The position numbers and the translations under genes were made by a program. DNA of 64,000 nucleotides, from contig NC_092349.1 of the NCBI RefSeq assembly GCF_963676685.1, positions 69,688,001-69,752,000 of the forward strand, in the 5' to 3' direction. Shown here piece by piece: positions 40,422 through 53,833 of this stretch (position 1 is its first letter; each line of letters begins with the position of its first letter). The notes below the pieces were generated by a model, which saw only the letters and a list, made by a program, of their open reading frames with translations, was not told where the DNA came from and did not search any database. The DNA is from Mytilus edulis (lineage: Eukaryota).

Positions 40422-42686
40422 TGTTACAACTTTAACCGATGTTTTCTTTGCTCCAACTGTTTAGTTAACAACCTTACAGAACGGATATGTTTTGGAAATA
40501 AAATACATGAAAAGTTACATAATATATGTATATAATATATATAGCACGCCATTTATGAATTAACGTATTTAATTCACTTTGCGTGATTGAATATGTTAAT
40601 GATTAAGACGTGGCTATATATCATATGTACCATAAATTGTAACTGATTCAGGTTAAATGTTAAATGGCTTTATGCTGACCATTATAACTTTACCGTACTT
40701 TCCAATATATCAATCGAATAGTGGCGGGATACTATATTTGATTTTCAGAAAATGAACAAATCAAGCAGATGAAAATTGAGTCTGAATTGTAATATAAATG
40801 TATATTTAAATGAGTTCAGATTTTTTTAGCTATTTATGTGTTGTTTTATAGTTTGTTCTTTCCATCCTTGAAAGAGGTTGGGGTGTGAGGTGCAATATTC
40901 ATTTAAATGATTGTTGATTGCGAATTTTTTTATGTTATTTCGAATAGACTGATAAAATATTAAAGTGATTTCTTATAATTTAATTCTAAATTCCATTTTA
41001 AACAGGCGTAAATCATGAAAAAACGTTGATGAAATCAGAAGACGCGTTACATCCAACATTAAATTACATAGTTATATCTTTTACATTTTGTTTCATTTTG
41101 TTTCATAAGTTAATTACCGAAGGAGGCAGTGCCATACGTATATTAACAACGTCTAAGATGGAAATTAGAACACTGGTTTAAGCTCCTCCTATTCTCTGCT
41201 ATTCCCGCAAGATGCAGTCCAGATCGGTCACCGGCGGGATTAGAAAGTGCAAAGAAAAACCATTCAGTTGACATACTCCTCAAAAATAACAAAATTTAAC
41301 TCACTTGAAGATCAAAGGAAACATTACGATTTATGTTACAAGTATTTATATGCATAACTCACCTAGTTTTTTAAAAGAGCAAAATCGCTTGGGATTTTTG
41401 CTTCTTTCTCGCAAATTAAATTCCGACAAATAATGTAACGTTAGTAGTCTTTGAATCGTGTTTTATTGGATACCAAAGGGAACTGATCTGATTGGACCAA
41501 AGCTCACATATATCGTAGCAATTTATATATGTTTTTGGCATTATCACTTCAATCACAAGATATGAATACAAAACAAATCACCAAGTATATAATTTCCATA
41601 GGATCACTATTTGTTTTTGAAGTTAGGTCCTCAAATATTCAACCAAAAACATGCTGAACTGTAAGCCTATATCATGCCTGGTCACAATGTTTATAATAAT
41701 GATAATGTCATATTTATTTATTTAAATGGAATTAGTTCTATATAACCACTTATCAGACAATGTTACATTAAGCACATGACATCGTTCTTGGAAGTAAGCG
41801 CTACCACCATCTATCATTAAAACAAATTTAGTTACTATAATTTGTGTTTAAAATATAACGCCAAAAAACTTTATTTATAATTCAGTTTAAACTTATTACT
41901 ACTCTTTCAGAACGTTGACTTACTAATTACACAAACAGTGTATAAAGGGGTCTAATAAAATGTTTGTCCCTTACAACCACAAGCTTACAATATTATTTTG
42001 TTATTTTCATGTCCAAAAAAATTATTAAAATCTTTTTATACAAAACTTGAGAAAAAAGTATAGTAGCGTTGATAAAATCAACAGTATAGAATTTAGAATG
42101 GACTAAAGATCCGAAATCAGTAATAGTATCTATTACAGGTTCAGAGGTCAAATGAATGATTTTAAGGAACACCAAATAAATGCTATTGTGTTTTTCGTTA
42201 ATTAAAAAGATTCAGTATAGTATTATAGAAATATGTTCTGTTAGTATGGTAACTGCTAAAACCCTTTATATGGTAGGAAATGCGAGCTCTAGAATATCAA
42301 ATCACAAGGTTGGTACATACATTATACATAGGTCTCGCTAAAATGCTACTTGGACAAAAATAGAACGACTCACAATGAAAACAAAGTAATTTCTTTGTCA
42401 TATAGATTTCAAACATTTATTAAAGTTTATTGCGTAGTAAAACTCCTTAATCTGATGTTTTAGCTGTTATATTTTAAAGGAACAGTGTGAAAGTTATAGT
42501 TGAAAATGATTGAATCCAGAATGAGTTTTGTTCTAATGCAAGAACCAATCAACCTATAGTCGTTTATTGGCAATTGCAATCTTATCCAATGAACACAGTT
42601 ACGAGTTCCAATCAAGTCCTTATTTTATTCCCTATCTTGCTTAAGTTGGTCGAATACCAAAGTTCACATTAGTTTCACCAGTTTCA

Positions 42687-45600
42687 TCATTCATTAATTA
42701 AATATGCAGAAAACATACTGTAGTGCCCTCCTAAAATCGTTTCTCCGGCTCTTTTGTCTTTCTTTATGTAGATGATATCCCCTTTCTTCAGAGGCATAAC
42801 ACTATTTATTGTCCCCGTAGAATAGTTAGTACCAAAGAGGCTCAAAGTGGACTGATTATTCTTCCAGAGATGACAGTGTAAACGCGAAGAATGAGTGGCC
42901 CTAACAGTACTAGATACGAAGTACAATCCGTTTCTTGGAGCTGTAAACACTCCTGTAATGGGATTGTAGGCATTTTCCATATTAAGCCAAACTTTGTCAA
43001 ATTTTACAACTTCATTTGAATGGATAGGCTTAGTTGTCGTTAATGATGCTGTAAATGCTGGTCTTTCGTGTAATCTTCCAGGTTCTATAATAGAATAGAA
43101 ATAATAATCAAATGTAGACATATAAGAAAAGACTGTTTTAAAATACTATACAAATAAAGTTCTTTATGTCTGTTGGCTTTCAGACAAAAACGAAAATAAC
43201 GACATCTTCTAGAATGTTATGCCTTAATTAGTTCTTACTTATGAACACGCTATGCTTTTCTTTGTTGCTTACTGCTTTTTATCTAATAAGTTAAGCCTTT
43301 TTCCAACTGATTGTTATTATCTATTCTTATATTATACTGTTACACAACTGCCCCAGTTAAGGGAGAGGTTTTGGCGCCAGTAAACATGTTTATTCCTGCC
43401 CCATTCTACATGTATTTGTCATAGTTGTTTTTGTATGTTGCTGTACATCTTCTGATTTTTTAAAAAGATAATGTATGAGTTTAACTGATGGTGATTATAC
43501 CATGTTATACAATAAGCATTGGTCGTACAAAAGTAATAACATTAACGTTACCAATTTTCCTGCACCAGATGCGCATTTCGACAATACATGTCTCTTCAGT
43601 GATGCTCGTGGCCAAAATATTTGAAATCCAAAGCTTATAGAAAAGATGAAGAGCTATAATCCAAAAGGTCAAAAAAGTATAGCCAAATCGTAAAAGGAAT
43701 CAGAGCTTTGCATGAGGGAGATACATTCCTTAATTTATAATAATTTCTAACATTTTGTAACAGCAAATTTTAATAACACAAAAAATCCATATTTTCATGC
43801 CGGTACTATATACAATATAATCGGTATGATACGTTTTGTTACCTCTTCAATAGGCCAGTCCTGTCACACCTCATAGTAAAAACCGCTTAGTACAACATTC
43901 TTGTATTTAGTTGATTACCTTTGAATCGGAATGCTCACTATTAGTTTATGTGTTATTTTATGGAACTAAAACTAAGGGTTTGACCCCATCACATTGTATG
44001 AGTTAAGGTTATATAATTTGATCAGTTATGCTATGACCATTCACTGTCTAACTATTATTTTGGTCTTGAGCGTCCTGATATAAACATTTCGCCCTTCTTT
44101 GAAAAGACATTATATACTTAAGTCTCAGCTTTTTTTGTTTTGATTATACTGAGCTAGCCTTTTGATAAATGTTGTTTTGGTTTGTCATTGTTTCCTGAAA
44201 AAACAGTTACTTTTAATAAATAAAAGCTAGATAAGAACATTAAAGTATTTTATTATGTGCTATAATGGTTTACTTTTTAAATTGTTATTTGTATGGAGAG
44301 TTGTCTCATTGGCACTCACACCACATCTTCCTATATCTATGTAAAAAAATCAGATTATTAATTTCTTGATTAAATGTTACTACCTTCGGGAAGGTTGGTT
44401 AGTCCCAGGTATGTTTTTGCATAAATAAAGATTAAGAAATTAGTTTTAAAATTGTATTCTAAGTAAAATGAAATACTGAATATTTGCAAAATTTCCTATA
44501 CAAATGGAAGGACATGTCTTAGTCAAATGAAACAAATCGTTACTTCAAAATAATTTGGTAACATTATCAGATTATTACACTGGATTCTCGATATATGATC
44601 ATGTTACAGTAAATGAGCTCTGTCACAGATTTCAGTAAAGATTTGCATACAATTCTGGCTCTATAATCTTCAACTAAAAATAATGGATTTATCTCATTCA
44701 TAATTTGAAATATTATGGATGGAATTCTCACAAAATAGGCTTTCATTTGTGTAGAAAGCACATAAAATCGGTCAAAAACATTCTAAAATTTGTCTTAAAA
44801 TCATGAAATTTTTTATGTCTGCTCCATATATTTTTGTTAAAAAACTATCTGTTGTTGATACATAATTTTTCTGTTATAATGATGCAAAATAAAAAGGGTC
44901 GCTGACTTCGTTTTTACGGTATACATCGTTCAGAGTTGTGTTCTTTGTGAAAAAAACCTCCAACAACGCGTCGAAATGATCGTAACGTCACCACGTTGCA
45001 GGTTGTAAATTTTGATTTTTAACGGTTTTCACTATAAAAAAGGTAAGAAATTGATTATTAGACAAAAAACGAAATCTGTGACCATATGATTATTTCATAT
45101 CGTTAAATCAGAAATTTATGCGTCACAACATACAGTTTTTATTAAGGAAAATCTATGAAATAGAATTAGAAATTAAAATTTTAAGAAGGTTTTTCGACGA
45201 TTTAATGTGCCTTCTGGTCCAAGGACACAATTATCGTCCTTTGGTTTTCGCTGTCTACGAATATAGTCCCTAGTGTGAATAGTGTATACCTTGCATTTTT
45301 TATTTGATACACTTTTCCAATTTATTTCTTGATATTTAATACATGAAATATTAAGTTGGGGAATGTTATTACATGCTAAGGATTTGGGTGCTGAATCTGT
45401 ATGTTGAGTAGTGATTTGGTCCAGTTAAAAAAGTCAAATTTTATTACGTCTCAAGCTGTCAAACTGAATTATAGACCCCCTTAACACAATATTGTCAATA
45501 TTTTGAGTTAGAGCTGGTAGAAGTTTCTATAAATTTGATATTATTTGTCCCACTAGTAGGAATCCTTTTGAGATAGAGCAGGTAAGATTTTTTAAATTAG

Positions 45601-46966
45601 AATTTAATTATCTAAAAGAAATGCGCTACGAAATAGATGTGTTTTCGGGCCTTCTATACAAATATTCATCCATATTAAAAGATATCAAGCTGCAATGTTT
45701 TAGATTCTAATATGACGTGTTTCTTTCGCTTTGTAAACAACACTGTGATAAAATTCTCGATATATCTGTACTAAGCGCAGACTCAGAGATATACGTAATA
45801 ATGGATGTTACAATATACTTTCTACGTTAATCTACATGTATTGGAACCTATTCGCAGACCCTTTGCCGATTTTATTGTTTTAAAAATTGCAATTAAAAAA
45901 AGACAAAACAACTTTTATTCTTATTCGGATGCATAATAAAAAGAAGTAATGCACAAGATCTCGGAGAAATCAACAAAATATAAATTAAATTAAATTCCGC
46001 GTAAGTCTATTAATGTTTTCGGCGCATTTAAGTCATTTCAAACCATGACGTCATACAAATGAAACCGCTAAAGTTGAAAGTTTTCTGTTACGTGAACCAT
46101 CGAAATTCGTATGATATTGTATTAAAACTGATTTTTGAGGTAGGTTTTGTTTTATTTTCTATTCTATTGCATTATTTGCATATTTACTGATTTCAGCAAG
46201 TCAACATGGCGGCTCCTTAGTTACGAAATGTCAACTTCGGTTTTGACGGAAGCTTACGAGAACAAAATATAAAATAAATATGTTGGGTTTGAGAATTGAA
46301 AGAATTGAATAGATTTTTTCTAGCGGTTATTCACGAAATAACCCGTGCAAGCTACAGATTTATTAAGATGTTTGAGCTTTATCTTACATGGAGTAAAAAA
46401 GAACAGCCTCACACACAACATACCCACCCTCGCTTCAGTTTTAAATGACCGTATTTGTACTGTTAGAATCGAAATAATTCATGGAAGCTAACGCTCAGGA
46501 TAAAATTCGAATATCACGACCCAGGCCATGTGTAAATTTCCAACAATCTATGGCTTCCACGAATTATTTCTTAATCATAATAGAGATAAATGCACTATTT
46601 TTTCGATTTTCAGTTGTTTTTCAACGAGCCAAGGTTGTATTCAAAGTTTTAGCAAAATCTGCTATATAGCCCATTTACTGATCATTGACCTTAATACGAC
46701 TTACCATATCCTATATCTGCGATGACAGCAGTTTTGATAATTGAGATTCTCTGGTCAGTAGCCTCATTAACTGTCTGTAAAATAAAGTCCTTCAACACAT
46801 GGTTTAGTTTAGTTGTGTCAAAAAGCGCCACTAAAGGCATCTGCTGATTGTCCAAAAGAGAAACCTCTACTGTGGAGTTTATGTCGAATTCCTGTGACCA
46901 AATTATTGATTGAACGCCACTGATTAGAATGATCATAAATGAAAGATGTAACTTCGCTTTGTCCAT
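42687..46966 (-). CDS. Secreted C1qDC protein, gene 6 (exons 46966-46705, 43084-42687; ~219 aa; 3.6-kb intron)
   Basis: Exon 1 MDKAKLHLSFMIILISG...PLVALFDTTKLN...DIGY G|gtaagt. Acceptor ttatag|AA CCT. gC1q motifs in exon 2. 262+398 nt in frame. Confidence 0.9.
43562..43605 (-). ncRNA. Minimal type I hammerhead ribozyme (intact core), inside a ~280-bp repeat (~43525-43806) in the gene 6 intron
   Basis: Minus strand reads GCAUCA CUGAAGA GAC auguauu GUC GAAA UGCGCA UC UGGUGC: stem I, CUGANGA core, 3-bp stem II, GAAA, palindromic stem III, AUC cleavage triplet. Confidence 0.85.
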
Positions 46967-48239
46967 TTTGACTAAATAAAAATATTAAAAGAAATGCTGC
47001 ATTAAACGTGTTCCTTATGTTACAAATCGTGTTTCAGTTTTTGAATACCGGAAGGTCGTTGGTCTACTTTATAAACCAGCAAGCATTTGGAACACCTTGG
47101 CACATTATGGTACCATACTTCAACATGTTGATAACCGGAATCGGAATCTGCTGAGGTGTACCAAATGTAGTATGATGCGTACTGATGTTCATTTCGTATT
47201 TGTTTTGATAACAATTTTTTTTTGTTCTTTCAATTTACATTTAGCGTTTCAAGCCAGATGTTGCGTATCGTGACACTGTTTTATAGTTTTGGAAATTAAC
47301 TTATCAGTAAAAGTTAAATTAAACAGTAATGGAGTAATACAGTATATAATTAAAAACCAATTGTTCAGAGAACAATTGAAAGTCTTAATTTCCACATCTA
47401 AAAATGAAATACACAATACTATTACCATTTCCAATTGAGAAATGTATCTTTTTTTCATTGTATGTGATTTTGATTTTTTTTTTACAAAATTCATTTTTTT
47501 TCAATAAATTGCATGATAAGCACGATTGGAATATTTTAAAAACATATTTAAAAATAATTAGATTTTCAAATAAATCAGAATTAACAACATCAAAGAATAT
47601 TTCCAAAATTCCATAGTATGAAGAAATACGACGAAAATACAAACAAAAGTCCAAAAATATCAACAAAAAAGATGGTTCATGTCTTCTTGACGATCCATTG
47701 TATACATATGACTTCTAATTATAGCAGTAACGTTTAAATAATTGCGACAATAAAGGATAATTTGACAAGCCATAATATAAATCGATTTAATGTGACGCTT
47801 ACTATATTCTAAAATTCCCATTTTGCGAATGACGGAAAAGGGCATTTCAACTATCTTACAAGATTTCTAGGATCACTTATTACAATACGAGCCCGTATTT
47901 TTAAAGACGATTTTTTTCATTGCATTGGATGATGTTTGCTGTATTATGTTTTCAAATTGAAATCACAAGGCCGTCATAAATCATGGTCAGTTAGGGGCTT
48001 TTAACCCAGATTTTAACCATCGGGAAAGAAGACTAGGGTCACGTATGACAACACGGACCCGTTGTTTGAAAGACGAATATTTTTATTGCATTGAAAGATG
48101 TTTGTTGTTTTATGTTTTCTAATTGAACTCGTAAGGCCGACATAAATCTATCGATAATAATAGAATTTATTGAAATGCATAAAACTGACAAGTAATCACA
48201 GCATGCTGACATGGTCAATTATGGAAGAAAACTGAGAAG

Positions 48240-48605
48240 AAAAAATATAGACAAGCAAAATATAAATCCCATAAGGCGTACAAAACAAACAATAAAAAAA
48301 AAGTGTTTCTTGTTGATGTGAATAACTTTGTATGAGTGAAATTTGAGTATACTTTATCGTTTATATAGACAAAAAAATATAAGTCACATTCGACGAACAA
48401 AACAAACAATTGTAATAAAGTGTTTCATGTTGATGGGAATAACTGGAACTTTGTAGGAGTGAAATTTTAACAGACTTTATCGTAAATATAGACCAATAAA
48501 ATATAAGTCACATTCGACGAACAAAACAAACAATTGTAATAAAGTGTTTCATGTTGATGGGAATGACTGGTACTTTAATGCAATTTCAATAGACTTTATC
48601 GTAAA
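48240..48605 (+). repeat. ~120-125-bp tandem repeat, ~3 copies
   Basis: Recurrent AAAATATAAGTCACATTCGACGAACAAAACAAACAATTGTAATAAAGTGTTTCATGTTGATG. Confidence 0.75.
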
Positions 48606-50698
48606 TATTTTGAAGTCGGGTTTTTCTTCTTAAAATGAGAAAAAAGTACCTCCAAAGACAAATGTGTCTGTTGATAAATCATCATGACACTTTACTAGGA
48701 AGTCTCTAGGTTCGTTTCACTGGATGAATTTTTGTGCTTCGGACGGATAAGCAAATTTTGCTGCTGATATACACTGACCAGCATTTTTTTCTTATAAAAT
48801 GATTTAGATGAATAAAGAGAAATTTTAATATCAGTTATGTCTTCGAATATTTAGAAGAAATTTTCCTATCTCTAGTCTAAAGTTTCGTTGTTGAATTAAC
48901 ATTCACGAAGGCAAGCTATGAAGGTATTCCTGCTCTCGTTTTTCTTTTAGTTTTAACATTTGTAGGGAAGCAACTTAGGAGCCCCGCATTGTACAGTTGT
49001 AATTGTCGATGAAAATCAAAATCACGAGAAGAAAAAGTACTTCCTCTTCAAACAATTATGATTTTCTACATTGGCTAGAGGTATAGGAGGAGGGTTGAGA
49101 TCTCACAAACATGTTTAACCCCGCCGCATTTTTGCGCCTGTCCCAAGTCAGGAGCCTCTGGCCTTTGTTAGCCTTGTATTATTTTAATTTTAGTTTCTTG
49201 TGTACAATTTGGAAATTAGTATGGCGTTCATTATCACTGAACTAGTATATATTTGTTTAGGGGCCAGCTGAAGGACGCCTTCGGGTGCGGGAATTTCTCG
49301 CTACATTGAAGATCTGTTGGTGACCTTCTGCTGTTGTTGTTGTTTTTTTCTATGGTCGGGTTGTTGTCTCTTTGGCACATTCCCCATTTCCATTCTCAAT
49401 TTTATGATATATGAACTATCGTCTATCTATATAATTATACACAACGCCATATATAATCATTTGAGCAAAGTATTCTCTGTTTCTGTATATTGTTTTCTCA
49501 TAAGAGTTATCTATACCAAAAAGTAAAATCACAAAAATACTGAACTCCGAGGAAAATTCAAAAAGGAAAGTCCCTAATCAAATGGCAAAATCAAAAGCTC
49601 AAACACATCAAACGAATGGATAACAACTGTCATATTCCTTACCAAGCAGTTTCAATTTTAAGCACTTCATTTCGTTTTTCTGTTATGCTAATTTCTATAA
49701 CATTCCGGTCAAATTATTTTTTGTTAAGTATACTTAAATGTTGTTAAAAGGAAATGTGTAGATTATTCATGATAAGAAGAATTTATAATTTTGTCAAAAG
49801 GAAGTTATATCAGAGATATGGTGAGTATGTATTGACTTAAAATATGCACCTGTTAAGACAATTTATCTTAGTTATAAGTTAATAATAGATTTAGTTTATA
49901 TACACAAAAGAAAAGGCATAGACCATAATAATAGTTTATACAATATTGAAGTGGTCATTACAATAACCTGACCAAGCAAAGATATGAAGATATCTACAAA
50001 AGTTCTCACTCATAGTAGAGAAGGCTTTATTGTTTGTATTCTTATTTATTTTTTTGAAAGATTTGAAAAAAAAATTATTTCATGTTTTATCATATTCATT
50101 ATCATTAATTTTGTTATCTCTTTTTAATATTTTAGATTAAGATATAATTATATCAGTAAAACCCAAAATGATACTAGTACTCAGTTCTGTTTTTTAAAAA
50201 TGTTCCCGCCAAAATTATTCCACTAGTTAACATTATATAAAAAATTAAAATAGTGATTCTTTTGCATTAAGAAAGTGACACTTCCTGTTTGCGCAATTCA
50301 TCTTGTGTAATCTGTCGGCCGTGTAAATTTTATTATTATGATGTAATTTTAATTGAAATTTTTGCCATCCTGTTTGCAGAATTTTTATTTAGAGCGTCTA
50401 AAATATCTCCCCATGGTAAATCCTTCCCAAAATGCACTCCACATGGTAGCAATATGGTTTTAGCTAGTATATGTTAGAGGGAAAGTTTGAGAGTGAAGGG
50501 TGACAATTATAGCATCACAACCAGTTTGAGAAGATTTCATTTGTTTAAAGACAAATTGTCCAAAACGATTCTATGTCACTTGGTAATTTCAACAGATAGA
50601 AATCTTTGCGTAGAATAACATAGCCATGAGCCTAAATCAAATATCGTCAAATTCCAATTCCTGCCGAAGTTGGTCAAACTCTAAAGTTCCCATCAGTT

Positions 50699-51711
50699 TC
50701 ACTGTTCATTAATAAGAAATGCTGAAAACATGCTATAGTGCCTTCCTAACATTTTTTCTCTGGCCTTGTTGTCGTGCTTTATGTAGATTTTTTCCCCTTC
50801 CTGCAGAACCATTGCACTATGTAGTGTTCCGGAGGAAAAATCATGTCCGAATAGTCCGATTGTGTCTTGGTTGTCCCTGTAGAGATGACAGTGTAAGTTC
50901 CTTCCGTCAGCGGACATTAAAGTACCGGTTAAGGAGTACAATCCGTTTCTTGGAACTGTGAACACCCCTGTAGTAGCATCATACCCATTGCCAACATTCA
51001 GCCATACATGGTCAAATATTATTATTTCATTTGGTTTGGGCCAATCATCTTTACTGAATGATGCTGTAAATGCGGGTTTTTCGTGTATTTGTCCTGTTTC
51101 TATAATAGAATAAAGATAATAATCATATAATAGACGGAACGAAAGGAAAGTTATCAAATGAAATTAAAATGATATAATTACTGATAGTCGGCCTTTGGCC
51201 GAACAAAAAGGAACAAAGATTCGAAGCTTATATTAATATGGATGTTGAAGGCCGTAATTTGATCTATAATGGTTTACTTTTACAAAAACTTAAAATCACA
51301 AAAATATTGAACTCATAGGAAAAATCAAAACGAAAAGTCCTTAATCAAATGGCAAAAGCAAAAGCTCAAACACATCAAACGAATAGACAAACCCAGTTTA
51401 GCGTTGACAACATTGATTTTTACTGATAATTTTTAAGCATTTTACTTACCATTTCGAATATCTTCGATGACAGCATTTTTAATAATCGGAACTTTCTGGT
51501 CAGTAACTTCCTCAACGGTCTTCATGATATAGTCCTTCAACACTTGGTTTAGTTTAGTAGTGTCAAAAAGAGCTATTAAAGGCATCTGCTGATTGTCCAA
51601 AAGGGAAACCTCTACTGTGGAGTTTTTGTCGGGATCCTGTGACCCATTCGTTGATGGAACGCAACTAATTAGCATGATAATCAAGAATGGATGTAACTTT
51701 GTTTGGTTCAT
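50699..51711 (-). CDS. Secreted C1qDC protein, gene 7 (exons 51711-51450, 51099-50699; ~220 aa)
   Basis: Exon 1 MNQTKLHPFLIIMLISC...PLIALFDTTKLN, donor G|gtaagt, acceptor ttatag|AA ACA. gC1q exon. 262+401 nt in frame. Confidence 0.92.
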
Positions 51712-52642
51712 TTTGACTTTAAACCAATATGTACAACATAAACCCGCCGTTAACGTGTTCCCCTCGTCACAAACGTGTTTTAGGTTGTTGATATCTTGTC
51801 TTACTCGATTTCAATTGTGAATATAATACCGGAAAGGCGAATGTCCACTTTATTAACCAGCATGCATTCGATGCACCTCGGAATATTATTGTACCGTTCT
51901 TTACATTTTGATGTTCGGTATTTGAATCTGCCGAGGTGTACCAAATGTCGTATCATGCGCAGTGATGTTCATTTTGCATTTGTTTTGTAGACACATTTTT
52001 CTTTTCCTTAATTGAATAAAGTGTTTCACAATACAGGCAACATGAAATGAAACTTTTTTGAAATTTAAGTAACAAAGCTCTCAGCAAAAAAAATACATAA
52101 TTAAATAAACGATTACTGCTGAAAAGTATAATTAAGGAAGTTACCGGTTTGTTTGAATAAGGTGATTTATAAAACATTTTTGACTGAAGTAGTTTGAACA
52201 CTTTAGATGTCTTGTCTTGGCAATAGTTTCGTTAACATTGAAATGAATTAACTGAAATCATTGTACTACAATATAGATATCAATGTTCATATAATGAACT
52301 AAAAAAATGTAAGATCAATTGAGGGCGAAGATCAAATACAGTTATTAATTGCTACAGTTTCTTACCAGCGCAGAATCTATCCAAAGGCAAGGCATTGTGT
52401 TGTGAAATATATATGGGTTGCTTTAGTTATTAATAAATTAATCAGAATAGCTTTTGAGAGAACAACTATAAACCTGTTCTTCTTTGTTTTACTAAATATG
52501 TTCAATTTATAGTTTAAATAGCTGTATGGGGTTCTCAAAAATAGTTCATATGTGTGTCAGGGATTCGTTATACCAAAACCAAACGTGATTTAAATACATT
52601 TTTCTATTTTATTTATTGAACTGTTTTGGTAAGAGTCGGAAA

Positions 52643-52678
52643 GTGATAAGCCTTGTGTAGACGAAACGTGTGTCTGGC
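52643..52678 (+). ncRNA. Decayed hammerhead motif of the same family as 8297-8342
   Basis: gtgataag cc ttgtgta gac gaaa cgtgtg tc tggc: the 3' half is retained, the core and stem I are mutated. Confidence 0.5.
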
Positions 52679-53833
52679 AACTTTTGTAAATTTTTACAGC
52701 TGCATTCAAAACCTGTACACTTTAGATGGACTTCATTGATCTCTTTATATTCTCCTGAGCTATAGTACATTTTCTGTAAAATAGTTGAGCCAGGACAATT
52801 TACATTTATGAATAAAAGAATAGTAACAAGTTACAATTTCAAATACTAGTACTGAAAAATCATTGAAATCCTAATTGTAATACACTATTTCCAGTATAGT
52901 TTTGTTCATTTGGTTCCTGTGTTAGTATAATATATGCATATGTAATATCAAAGTTAACCGAAATAGAAATAGCTAATTAATAAATAAGAAAGTTTGAACC
53001 CCAATTTTCCAGTAGTTAAAAAACTTACGAAATAGGAAAATTGAATTAAACAGGGATTTTATTTTAGTTCTATGTAACCCCTGAACCCCTATAAAAGGAA
53101 AAACAATTGCATGTTGTTGTAAATACTGCAAAGGGATTTTAATGAATGAAAAGGTAACAACTTTATGTTACCGACTATTCTGTATATATTACTGTTTTAA
53201 AGATTGATTTGATTGATCGCTTTACACAAGGAATGCTTCATGTCAACCTAGTAAATTATTCAGTTTATCAATGTTGCTTCTTGTATTATTTTAACTTTTA
53301 GTTTCTTGTGTACAATTTGGAGTTTAGTATGGTGTTCATTATCACTGAACCAGTATATATTTGTTTAGGGGCCAGCTGAAGGACGCCTCCGGGTGCGAAA
53401 ATTTCTCGTTGCATTGAAGACCTGTTGGTGACCTTTTGGTGTTGTCTGCTCTATGGTCGGGTTGTTGTCTCCTGTCACATTCCCCATTTCCATTCTCAAT
53501 TTTATCTATCACAAATGCAATATTAAAATATTTGCGATTCAATCTGAAACTTACAGTTAAGCATAGTAAATTTATGTCCATTGTGTATACTATACCTTGC
53601 ACAGATTATTATAACCAACTTGGGCGATAAGAATCAACCTGTTAATGGGGTACTAGCTACGAGAAATCATTAATGAAAGTGAAATAGTGAAATAAGAATT
53701 CGCTTTTAGCAGCCAGTATGGTTAAGTTTTGTCAAAATAAGCTACATCTATAATGAATTGTTTACTAAATATATTTCAGTTCCGTATTGGCAAGTACTAA
53801 TGTTACAAGTATATAAATATTTTGTCGTCTTAA

